Assembly: GCA_963791505.1 (NCBI GenBank)
Contig: CAWBSV010000084.1
Location: 19,081 to 83,080 of the forward strand
Length of the DNA: 64,000 nt
DNA from: an uncultured Acidobacteriaceae bacterium
GTDB lineage: Bacteria; Acidobacteriota; Terriglobia; Terriglobales; Acidobacteriaceae
Direction of reading: 5' to 3'
In this document: piece by piece, positions 18,720 through 28,099 of the stretch
Layout of the letters: the number at the start of each line of letters is the position of its first letter
How positions within the stretch are numbered: the stretch's first letter is position 1
Program-made: the position numbers and the translations under genes
Notes under the pieces: generated by a model
Database searches by the model: none
The model's input: the letters and a program-made list of their open reading frames with translations, nothing else
Told to the model about the DNA's origin: nothing

Positions 18720-19598
18720 CTAAAGGGCGCGACGCGCGGCAGCCGGACGGGAAGGGCTAGGTCCGAAGTCCTTGTTGATCACGACCGCCTTTTTTCCATC
18801 CGTTACCAGTCTTTCTACCCTTCTGGTAACGGCCTCGCGGATGTGCTGCTGCCGCAAGAGATTGCTCGCGTATCGCACGGCATCTGGCCCCGTAAAGGGT
18901 TGAATGCGGCTCGCGCGGATTTGGCTCATCATGATTTCGTTTCCCGACGAAATGATGAACACTTCCTGCGGCGGTAAAGCCAGGATCGCATTTACCAGCC
19001 TGGGGTCTTGGCCCACGGTGTCCATGACATTGGTGCCGCGCTGAAACGGAATCTGGTTCTGAGTCAAAAAAGCCGCAACCTCATCCAGGGTCTTCAGCGG
19101 CTTCATTCCCGCGACAATCTTCGGATCCCTGGGGGTCGGAGCGCGGATTTGGTCAACATCCATCAATTTTCGCTCCGCGAAAATGTTCGGATTTGTCTGG
19201 ATAAATTGCGATACTTCCTCATTGGAAGGCGCCGGAACACTGGCCGCCACCTGGGTCTCCAAGAGCTGGATCAACAGCGTCTGCGTTGCCCGTTCACTCA
19301 GCATCGCAAAATTCGGCTGTTTATCCAGTCCTTGGACAGTGGCCGCATTTGAAAGTATGACGCGTCTGATGATGCGATCGAGTGCAGCCTGCTGTTGCGC
19401 CTTTTGGGCGGCAGGAGTAGTCGCTGTCGTACCAGCCATTTCGATCTGGAGTTCGCGCTGCGTGATCTCCCGACCGTTTACGGTCGCAACAACTTGACCA
19501 GAAGGTGCTTTAGCTGTCTTGGAGTGACATCCAGACACGCCGACAGCGACCGATAATACGGCTAAAAAAAGAGATGGGAATTTCAGAACACGCTCCAA
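18720..19598 (-). CDS. EpsD-type PPIase-like (SurA/PrsA-like) lipoprotein
   Basis: Lipobox 'LAVLSVAVGVSGCHS' and a SurA-N-like 'ATVNGREITQRELQIEM'. It is the first gene of the export operon. Confidence 0.6.
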   Translation of the reverse strand: MERVLKFPSLFLAVLSVAVGVSGCHSKTAKAPSGQVVATVNGREITQRELQIEMAGTTATTPAAQKAQQQAALDRIIRRVILSNAATVQGLDKQPNFAMLSERATQTLLIQLLETQVAASVPAPSNEEVSQFIQTNPNIFAERKLMDVDQIRAPTPRDPKIVAGMKPLKTLDEVAAFLTQNQIPFQRGTNVMDTVGQDPRLVNAILALPPQEVFIISSGNEIMMSQIRASRIQPFTGPDAVRYASNLLRQQHIREAVTRRVERLVTDGKKAVVINKDFGPSPSRPAAARRAL

Positions 19599-19750
19599 CC
19601 GAGTTCATCACGGAATTACCACAAAGCATCCCTACCATAACTCAAACCCGGACAAGTGGTTAGCGGTTAACCATTGAGGCACAGGCTGGAGGCATGCTGC
19701 TTGCATATGGGGCAGAACGGGTCTTTCGCCGTCTTTGGTGCAGGCGCCTT

Positions 19751-20824
19751 ATGAATATGGTCGACTTGAAAGACGACATGCAGGCCGGCCATTCCGCCGG
19801 CAAGGGACGATTGCGCCTCTGTCTGGCGGCGTCGGGCGGCGGCCATATTCGCCAACTCCTGGATCTGGAAGAAGCCTGGTCCCCCCATCATTATGTTTTC
19901 GTGTCGGAAGATACCGCCCTGTCGCGGAGCATTGTCCAGCGACATCCTGTTCATTTCCTGCCTCATTTTGCGATCGGCCAAATTCGCCGCGACGGCATTT
20001 TGCGCGCGATCTGGTCGGGCCTGAAAAACCTTTGGCAGTCCATTCTGCTGGCCATAAAGCTGCGGCCGGACGTGGTCGTCAGTACCGGCGCCGGCTCTGT
20101 CTTTTTCTTTATGGTCTGGTGCCGGCTGCTTGGGGCAAAGTTCATCCTGATCGAGACTTTTGCCCGTTTCGATACGCCCTCCACATTTGCCCGGGCCAGC
20201 GCGCTTTTCGCGAGCGATATCATTGTGCAGTCCAGCGCATTGACGAAGACTTTTCCGGCTGCCGCGGTATTCGACCCGCTGAAAATCCTGGATCAACCCC
20301 GCCCCGACAAAAAGCGGCTCCTGTTCGCCACGGTCGGGGTGACATTCCCGTTTGACCGGCTTGTGGAGATGGTCGCCAAATTAAAGGAAGAAGGCGAGAT
20401 CTTTGAAGACGTGGTCTTCCAGACCGGCATTGGCGGCCTGACCCCGCCCGGACTCCAGTCCTTCGAGACGCTCTCTTACGACCAGGTCAAATCTTATGTC
20501 CGGGAGGCCGACATCGTCGTCTGTCATGGCGGCACAGGGTCGGTCGTTACCGCTTTGCGCGAAGGCTGCCGCACCATCGTCGTCCCCAGAAGGCTGGAAA
20601 GAGGCGAACATTACGACAATCATCAACGGGAAATCACCAACGCCTTTGCTGCGCGCGGTCTCATAACGCCGGCGAACTCACCCGAAGAATTGGCTCTTGC
20701 CTTGAAGGCCGCGCGATCTCTCAAGCCGGTTTGCGCGACGACCGACCCTGTTGCGCTGGTCAAGCATCTGAAGCTCTTGCTTGGCGAGACTGCAAAACAT
20801 AGCCGGCTGCACCACGGCGATTAG
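19751..20824 (+). CDS. Fused Alg14-like / Alg13-like (GT28-type, PssD-PssE-like) glycosyltransferase
   Basis: The N-terminal half 'LCLAASGGGHIRQLL...VVVSTGAGSVFFF' is Alg14-like. The C-terminal half 'LLFATVG...IVVCHGGTGSVVTAL...HYDNHQREI' is Alg13/Glyco_tran_28_C-like. The start is set at the internal Met 19751. Confidence 0.7.
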   Translation: MNMVDLKDDMQAGHSAGKGRLRLCLAASGGGHIRQLLDLEEAWSPHHYVFVSEDTALSRSIVQRHPVHFLPHFAIGQIRRDGILRAIWSGLKNLWQSILLAIKLRPDVVVSTGAGSVFFFMVWCRLLGAKFILIETFARFDTPSTFARASALFASDIIVQSSALTKTFPAAAVFDPLKILDQPRPDKKRLLFATVGVTFPFDRLVEMVAKLKEEGEIFEDVVFQTGIGGLTPPGLQSFETLSYDQVKSYVREADIVVCHGGTGSVVTALREGCRTIVVPRRLERGEHYDNHQREITNAFAARGLITPANSPEELALALKAARSLKPVCATTDPVALVKHLKLLLGETAKHSRLHHGD

Positions 20825-21443
20825 CGTCGCGGCTCCGCGCCCAGTTCGGGCGCAACTCCGACAACCACTCATTCTGAAATTCAGGCCGGTAGCCTCTCAG
20901 AAAGGCGCCCCGCTGGGGAATGGGTTGTCCAATCCCGGTCCGCCTCATCAAAGATATTCCGCAATCGTGCGGCCACCCGGCTCCTCAAATTCAAGGGCAA
21001 ATCAGCGCCGGCCCCCTTATCGATGGGGCTTCCGCGGCTTGTTGGAGCTCACCAGGCTGGGACAGGGCTCGTCCCGCAGATCGCGCGCGGTGGAAGAGGT
21101 AAAGCTGTCTGCCGGCTTCAGCGGAAGGGCTCCCAACCAAGTCCGAGGGCACAGGGATTTTTCGTAAGGGTTTGTTTGTGCTGTAGTTTTTCAAAAAAAG
21201 TGCCGTGAACCGCCCGGTGCGAAGGCCGCACGCCATATCGGCATCCTTATGCACCGCAGCATCAAATATCATGTCCTCTCCCCTGGGGGCGCGGGTCCCA
21301 CGCAACCCTAAGTAACCATAAAGAAAATCTTCCTCGGGCCGGTCGCAAAAAATTTATGGTTAACAGCGGATTAGGCTCAAATTTACATTGCAACTCGATA
21401 TTGGTCTGCTACGTTTACGCCTCGATATTCAGGGGAGTCCCTC

Positions 21444-22145
21444 ATGCGTGGTTTTGCGAAATTGGCGCTTGCAGCTGTTGCACTTGCGGCATTGACGACT
21501 GCGGCATCAGCCGCGACCGTCATTACCTCCCCTACTGGAGGTGTTAGCGGCCTTCTTGCGCCCAGCAATCCTGTTTGGGATTTCGAGGGTGGTGCCGGCG
21601 ACGATACCACGCATTTCTCCTATACGGGCGGTGGCACTTTCACAGGCACTTCGGCAAACGCGGCCGCTCCGTTGGGTGATGCGACCAACTATGGCGCTGC
21701 CGGTACCGGCACGTTTGGCACCGCCTCGCAGGGAACGCCTGACACGGTGTTTGCCACCAAGCCTGGATATGAGTTTCTGACGTTCAGCGCCTACATCGGT
21801 TCGCTCGACGACTACAATATGATCTCGTTCTTCCATAATGGCACCCAGATCGGCGCTGCCCTCACTGGTACTGAGCTGGCTGCAATCGTGGGCGATGGTG
21901 CGGTCTCCGATGGAAGCAAGACCGGTGACGAAGCCAATCGTCGCTTCTTCTTCACCTTCGATGCGTCCGATCAGGTGAACCAGATCGTGTTCAGCTCCTT
22001 CGCGCCTGCGTTTGAGTTCGACAATTTTGCCGCCACGATCAGCGGAGTTCCTGAGCCGCAGACTTGGGCGATGATGATCCTGGGCTTTGGCTTTATCGGC
22101 TTCATGCTGCGCAATGGTCGCCGCCGGAGCGCGGTGGCCGCTTAA
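21444..22145 (+). CDS. PEP-CTERM sorting-signal protein (PEPxxWA-type)
   Basis: Signal peptide 'MRGFAKLALAAVALAALTTAASAA'. The C-terminus 'VPEPQTWAMMILGFGFIGFMLRNGRRRSAVAA' combines a PEP motif, a TM helix and an Arg cluster. Confidence 0.85.
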   Translation: MRGFAKLALAAVALAALTTAASAATVITSPTGGVSGLLAPSNPVWDFEGGAGDDTTHFSYTGGGTFTGTSANAAAPLGDATNYGAAGTGTFGTASQGTPDTVFATKPGYEFLTFSAYIGSLDDYNMISFFHNGTQIGAALTGTELAAIVGDGAVSDGSKTGDEANRRFFFTFDASDQVNQIVFSSFAPAFEFDNFAATISGVPEPQTWAMMILGFGFIGFMLRNGRRRSAVAA

Positions 22146-22164
22146 GCGACCTATCCTTGAAGTG

Positions 22165-22194
22165 AAAAGACCGCCTTCGGGCGGTCTTTTTTTT
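22165..22194 (+). terminator. Rho-independent terminator (symmetric, potentially bidirectional)
   Basis: An 11-bp perfect stem, 22165-22175 (aaaagaccgcc) pairing with 22180-22190 (ggcggtctttt), closes a TTCG loop. The T run extends to 22194, and the element lies 20 nt after the PEP-CTERM stop. Confidence 0.8.
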
Positions 22195-22292
22195 GGGCCT
22201 GGTCGGCAGGAACTGGCCAACCACGCTTCTGCCTATACGCGGGCTCGCGCGGCGTAGATACTAGCCGACGGTGGCTTTCAGAACGGTGGCCT

Positions 22293-22670
22293 ATGCGCCT
22301 TTCTCTCCTCACATCCCTGCTGACCGTCCTTATGGGCACAGCGAGCATCGCCCAAGCAGCGGAAGCCGGCGACAGCGCCGCGGACCTGCGCTGCCTGGCC
22401 ATCATGGCAAAGATCAACCAGCTGCACGACCCGCGGCATCAGCTGGAATCGTATATTGGTGGCTACTACTACCTGGGGCGTGTCACCGCAGCCAAGCCGG
22501 ACCTCGATCTGCCATCAGCCACCGCCGAAGCCTTCGGCCGGATGTCCGCTGCGGAATTCCTTAACGAAACGGGCCGGTGCGAGAAGGAGATGCAGGACCT
22601 CGGCAAGTCCATGGTTGGCATCGCCGCCGCCCTGCCAAAACCGCAAGCAGACCCCAAGCCCGCGCCCTGA
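22293..22670 (+). CDS. Secreted hypothetical protein (125 aa)
   Basis: Signal peptide 'MRLSLLTSLLTVLMGTASIAQA' and two Cys in the mature part. No family recognised. Confidence 0.5.
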   Translation: MRLSLLTSLLTVLMGTASIAQAAEAGDSAADLRCLAIMAKINQLHDPRHQLESYIGGYYYLGRVTAAKPDLDLPSATAEAFGRMSAAEFLNETGRCEKEMQDLGKSMVGIAAALPKPQADPKPAP

Positions 22671-22680
22671 GCGGCAAACG

Positions 22681-23544
22681 TCACGGGCCTCGATACCGGT
22701 CTAGCATCAGACCCAAGGTCGATCGCCAATGATCGCCAGGACCGCCCAGGATGGCCCAGGTCTTGGACTTGTCCAGGATGGTCAATCCTGGCCGTTTGGC
22801 GGGCGTCGGAAAATCCGCGGTAGAGATCGGCAGCACCGGCACACGATCTGTCAACAGACCGCGTTGCAAGGATAGTTCCTGAATGGCGCAGGCAAAATCG
22901 TACCAGGACGCCACACCACTATCGGTGAAATGCAAAATCCCCCGATGATCGGTCTCGACCAGGCGCCACAATGCCTGTGCCAGGGACCGAGCATAAGTCG
23001 GTGTCCCGACCTGATCCGCAACCACCCTCACCTGGGGATGCGAAGACATCAGCCGCAGCATAGTCTTTACAAAATTGCTGCCATGTTCGCTGTACAGCCA
23101 GGCCGTCCGCACGATCAGGCTGTCCGGGCAGCCAGACAGCACAAGCTTCTCCCCCGCCAGCTTTGAACGCCCATAGGCCCCTATTGGCGATGTCGCATCG
23201 TCGGGGCCGTAGAGGCCGGCCTTGCGTCCATCAAAAACATAATCGGTTGAAACGTGGATTAAGCGCGCGCCCATACGAGCGGTCGCCGCGGCCATGACGC
23301 CGACGCTGTGCGCATTTATTTTGTACGCGAGTTCTTCTTCGCTCTCGGCCTTGTCCACGGCCGTATAGGCGGCCGCATTGACGATGAGATCTGCCTTGAT
23401 GTTGGAAACAAAATCTTCGACAGCCGCCGGATTGGCGAGATCAATCTGGCTGCGCCCCGCAACTGTAAGCGCCACATGTCCCGGCTTGGTCGCCTGCAGG
23501 GCCAGGCCCAGTTGGCCGGTGCTGCCAAGCAACAAAACTTTCAT
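22681..23544 (-). CDS. rfbD: dTDP-4-dehydrorhamnose reductase
   Basis: The start is set at 'MKVLLLGSTGQLG' (23544), which overlaps the rfbC stop as ATGA. Rossmann motif and RmlD-like length (287 aa). Confidence 0.85.
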   Translation of the reverse strand: MKVLLLGSTGQLGLALQATKPGHVALTVAGRSQIDLANPAAVEDFVSNIKADLIVNAAAYTAVDKAESEEELAYKINAHSVGVMAAATARMGARLIHVSTDYVFDGRKAGLYGPDDATSPIGAYGRSKLAGEKLVLSGCPDSLIVRTAWLYSEHGSNFVKTMLRLMSSHPQVRVVADQVGTPTYARSLAQALWRLVETDHRGILHFTDSGVASWYDFACAIQELSLQRGLLTDRVPVLPISTADFPTPAKRPGLTILDKSKTWAILGGPGDHWRSTLGLMLDRYRGP

Positions 23545-24089
23545 GCAAAAACGTCCGCTTCTTTCAAGCCCCGACCCATGGCGTCCTTTGACGATACGAT
23601 GGGCTGCTCGCCGGCGGCCAGCGGCCAGGCAATGGCCAGATTCGGATCGTTCCACATGATCGTCCGCTCATGCTGAGAGGCATAGAAATCCGTGCACTTG
23701 TAAACCAGCTGCGTTCCATCCGTCAGCGCCAGAAAGCCGTGGGCAAATCCGGTGGGAATCAACATCATCCGGTGGTTGGTTTCCGACAACTCCGCCCCGG
23801 CCCAACGGCCAAAAGTCGGTGAACCACGGCGCAGGTCAACAGCAACATCATAGATGGCCCCCGTCACGACCCTCACCAGCTTCGCCTGTGGCGCCTGGAT
23901 CTGATAGTGCAGGCCTCGAAGCACGTTGCGATGCGATCTGGACTGGTTGTCCTGGACGAAGGTCCAGTTCAGGCCCGCCTGACTGAAACTCTGGGCATTC
24001 CAAGTCTCCAGAAAATAGCCTCGGTCGTCAGAGAACACTTTCGGTTCAATGATTTTCAGGTCCGGGATATCGGTTTCAATGATTTTCAT
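23541..24089 (-). CDS. rfbC: dTDP-4-dehydrorhamnose 3,5-epimerase
   Basis: 'FSDDRGYFLETW...NVLRGLHYQ...GFAHGF' is a typical RmlC cupin. Confidence 0.9.
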   Translation of the reverse strand: MKIIETDIPDLKIIEPKVFSDDRGYFLETWNAQSFSQAGLNWTFVQDNQSRSHRNVLRGLHYQIQAPQAKLVRVVTGAIYDVAVDLRRGSPTFGRWAGAELSETNHRMMLIPTGFAHGFLALTDGTQLVYKCTDFYASQHERTIMWNDPNLAIAWPLAAGEQPIVSSKDAMGRGLKEADVFA

Positions 24090-24113
24090 GTCATTCCGAA
24101 GTACTGGGGGTGG

Positions 24114-25019
<906 letters not shown>

Positions 25020-25342
25020 GCCAGCACTTTCTCGCAAGATTTCCGGACTGAAACAGCCACCGGCACGATCGGGGTTTTGGCGCCGGCCAAAATGTTTCAC
25101 GATTCATGAGTATATTCAAGTGGTTAGATCATAAGCGCGAAGAGGGGCTGCAGGCGGTGATGGTTAATGTCGGGGCGGGGGCGTGCGTCTGGATAAGCAT
25201 TCTGAAGTTGTTTAAGCCTTTTCTGTGTCGCCGGCGGGACGTGTGATGTACGGGGCGGCGGACTTCTGCAAAAAATCACTTTTCATCGTCTGAAAATTTG
25301 CAGCCGGCCTTTAGGCCGCTCTTGGAATGAAGGTATCTGGCG

Positions 25343-25708
25343 GTGGAACTCGCAGGCAACATCTTCCAACAGCCGACGGTCCTGACCGTCTCTGCCTTCC
25401 TTCTGGCTATGGCGTTTGGCGCCTTGCTGACCCTGATTGTCGTCGAGCTGCGAAAGCGCCGGACGTCACAAGCAGCTGTCACGTCCGCTGCCACTCACAC
25501 GCGCGCCATACCGGTTAACACACAATCCGCGGAGGAAAGTGAACGCCGCCAGACGATGATCCGGCAGTTGATTGACCTCTATAGCGGGGTCCATTCCGTG
25601 GAAGCACTGTCCAGCTTTCTTAACGGTGAGCTGGAAAGGCGGCACGAGCGGTGGCGGGTCCGTATACCTTCCGATGGACCGGGTGAGTTCTATGACCTCG
25701 ACGCTTGA
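25343..25708 (+). CDS. Hypothetical single-TM protein
   Basis: TM 'VLTVSAFLLAMAFGALLTLIVV' followed by a charged C-terminal domain. No family recognised. Confidence 0.4.
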   Translation: MELAGNIFQQPTVLTVSAFLLAMAFGALLTLIVVELRKRRTSQAAVTSAATHTRAIPVNTQSAEESERRQTMIRQLIDLYSGVHSVEALSSFLNGELERRHERWRVRIPSDGPGEFYDLDA

Positions 25709-25785
25709 GCCGGTTTGGTTCGTCGAAACCACCCAGCAATAGAATGGCCAATCAAAGTCCTGAACACATACGGTGATCGCACAGT

Positions 25786-26343
25786 ATGGAAGAAATCGCT
25801 CAATCCCCCAATTCCCCCGCAAGAACCCGACGGCGCGCCCCGGATCGAAAGAGCCCGATTCGTCGCCTGTCTCTTGCGATGAGACGCTTGTTGCTCCGTC
25901 TCCGTTGCCTGTATTTGCGCAGGCTAGGCATGGATATTCATCCGGATACACAGATATCCCTCAAGGCCCACCTAGATCGCACGAATCCGCGTGGCATCCA
26001 TATAGGGGAAGGTACGCTGGTGGCCTTCGGCGCCGTTATTCTCTCACACGATCTGGCGCGTGTTATCCACACTGATACATACATAGGTAAAAACTGCTTC
26101 ATCGGCGCGCACGCCATTATCCTTCCTGGCATCCGCGTCGGTGATAATTCCATTGTGGCAACTGGTTCAGTGGTAACCAGAGATGTCGCGCCCAATACGC
26201 TTGTGGGCGGGAACCCGGCTCGCGTCATAAGAACCAACATCCGGACTCTGAAATGGGGAATCCTGGAGGAGTCATTTGAGATAGCGGTTCAGCTTCAGGC
26301 TGAAGCGGCTGGACTTCAAGGAAAGCAGTCATCTCCGAGTTGA
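25786..26343 (+). CDS. Hexapeptide-repeat (LbH) acetyltransferase, WcaF/CysE-like
   Basis: 'IGKNCFIGAHAIILPGIRVGDNSIVATGSVVTRDVAPNTLVGGNPARVI'. The start is uncertain and may be the internal Met near 25879. Confidence 0.8.
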   Translation: MEEIAQSPNSPARTRRRAPDRKSPIRRLSLAMRRLLLRLRCLYLRRLGMDIHPDTQISLKAHLDRTNPRGIHIGEGTLVAFGAVILSHDLARVIHTDTYIGKNCFIGAHAIILPGIRVGDNSIVATGSVVTRDVAPNTLVGGNPARVIRTNIRTLKWGILEESFEIAVQLQAEAAGLQGKQSSPS

Positions 26344-26446
26344 AGCAATTCCGGACGCCTCGCGAAAGTGTTAAGCTTGCTTCAGCCCCTTTCCTCCCGA
26401 TATCCTGGCTTCTGCCGGATGTTCGGACCAAAGCAGCTGAAATTGG

Positions 26447-28099
26447 ATGACGACAGGCGACATTGAACAAGTCATGCCGCGTTGGCGGACCTGGCTAAGC
26501 CGGAAATCCGCTTCTCCGGAGACGCGGCTTCCAGCATTGGCGCAGTACCATTCCTTGAAGCGGCATACGCTGAGGCGCATCTTCGGCGTCATAGCCTTGA
26601 TGCTGTTCTGCTTTATTTATGGCTTCTTTTTTTCCGTCCTCGCGCCGTATTACATCGCTTTCCTCGCCATGCCCGTGATTTTCGTCATGCTCCTGGCGAT
26701 CTGGGCGCTTCCTGACGTCAACTCGGCGCCAACAAAGCAGCTCAGCTGGTTTTTCTACGCCTTCTTCATTGTCCTCATCTGCTGGCCCAATTATCTCGCG
26801 ATTGCGTTACCAGGCCTGCCATGGATAACGCTGATAAGACTGACGTCCTTTCCGATGGCGCTACTTTTGCTCATCTGCTGCTCCATCTCGCCTCAATTCC
26901 GCGCCGATACGGGCCGCTCATTGCGCGCGGTATCTGCAATTCCCACACTGTGGTGCATTTTCATTCTCATACAGCTGGTTTCGATCGGAGAATCGAAAAA
27001 CATCTCCGCTTCTGTCCAGAAGTTCATCGTCGCCCAGACAACCTGGACCGCCGCATTTTTCGCCGCTGCTTACCTGTTCTCGCGGCCGGGCCAGATCAAA
27101 CGCTGGGCCCTCATACTTTGGGCTATGGCCGTATTCGTCAGCATTATAGCCATATGGGAGCATCGTATCAGCAGGTTGCCCTGGGCTGGGCATATTCCCA
27201 GCTTTCTGAAGATAAACGATGATGCCGTCCAAGAAATTCTGGCCGCTCATATGCGCGCCTACACAAATATATACCGCGCAGAAGCTACATTCAGTACGCC
27301 CTTGGGTCTGGCAGAATACCTTGCGCTGACGCTTCCATTCGCCTTGCACTTTTGTACACCCCGCTGGCCAACGAAGCTGAGGCTGGCGGCCTGCGTGTCG
27401 ATTCCACTGATCGTTTACGCTGATTTTCTGAGCGGTTCCAAATTGGGAATGATCGGCGCGCTGGCCGCCTTCTCCGTCTACTGTTTGATGGCCGCTTTCA
27501 GGCACTGGCGGCGAAACAAGGCCAGCTTGATCGCCGCGGCAACTTTCTTTTTCTATCCCGCCGCGATCGGGACCGTCGGTTTGATGATGGCGGCATCTCA
27601 TCGTTTTTACATAACGATAATGGGCGATGCGTCGCATACCGCAAGCACACAGGCCCGCATCGAACAGATGCACGTTGGCATAGCCAAGATTTTGAAATGG
27701 CCGTTCGGCTATGGAATTGGGCAGGCGGCCGTCACGATCACTAATGTGTCTGATTATATCACCATTGATTCCTATTTTCTCTCCGTAGCCATCGAGTATG
27801 GGATCCTTGGTTTCATCACTTATTACGGCATTTTCGCGATCGCGATGTACGAGGGCTCGAGGCGCTATCTGACAGATAGGACGGGGAACGAAGACCAGTC
27901 GTTTCTGCTTCCTATTACGGCGTCTTTTGTCGCTTTCATGGTCGCCAAATTCGTATTCAGCCAGCAAGACAATCATCCGGTCGTATTCATGATGCTAGGC
28001 GCGCTCCTGGGCCTGATTGCAGCTCGCCGCAATCAGGTTCAACCTTACCGCAGTCCAGACCGCCAACGCCCCGTCGCGCGACGTATCAGACACCAATAG
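26447..28099 (+). CDS. O-antigen ligase/polymerase-like (Wzy_C) polytopic membrane protein
   Basis: More than 10 TM segments and the Wzy_C-like block 'RIEQMHVGIAKILKWPFGYGIGQ...SYFLSVAIEYGILGF'. Codon usage is very rich in ATA and TTG. Confidence 0.75.
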   Translation: MTTGDIEQVMPRWRTWLSRKSASPETRLPALAQYHSLKRHTLRRIFGVIALMLFCFIYGFFFSVLAPYYIAFLAMPVIFVMLLAIWALPDVNSAPTKQLSWFFYAFFIVLICWPNYLAIALPGLPWITLIRLTSFPMALLLLICCSISPQFRADTGRSLRAVSAIPTLWCIFILIQLVSIGESKNISASVQKFIVAQTTWTAAFFAAAYLFSRPGQIKRWALILWAMAVFVSIIAIWEHRISRLPWAGHIPSFLKINDDAVQEILAAHMRAYTNIYRAEATFSTPLGLAEYLALTLPFALHFCTPRWPTKLRLAACVSIPLIVYADFLSGSKLGMIGALAAFSVYCLMAAFRHWRRNKASLIAAATFFFYPAAIGTVGLMMAASHRFYITIMGDASHTASTQARIEQMHVGIAKILKWPFGYGIGQAAVTITNVSDYITIDSYFLSVAIEYGILGFITYYGIFAIAMYEGSRRYLTDRTGNEDQSFLLPITASFVAFMVAKFVFSQQDNHPVVFMMLGALLGLIAARRNQVQPYRSPDRQRPVARRIRHQ

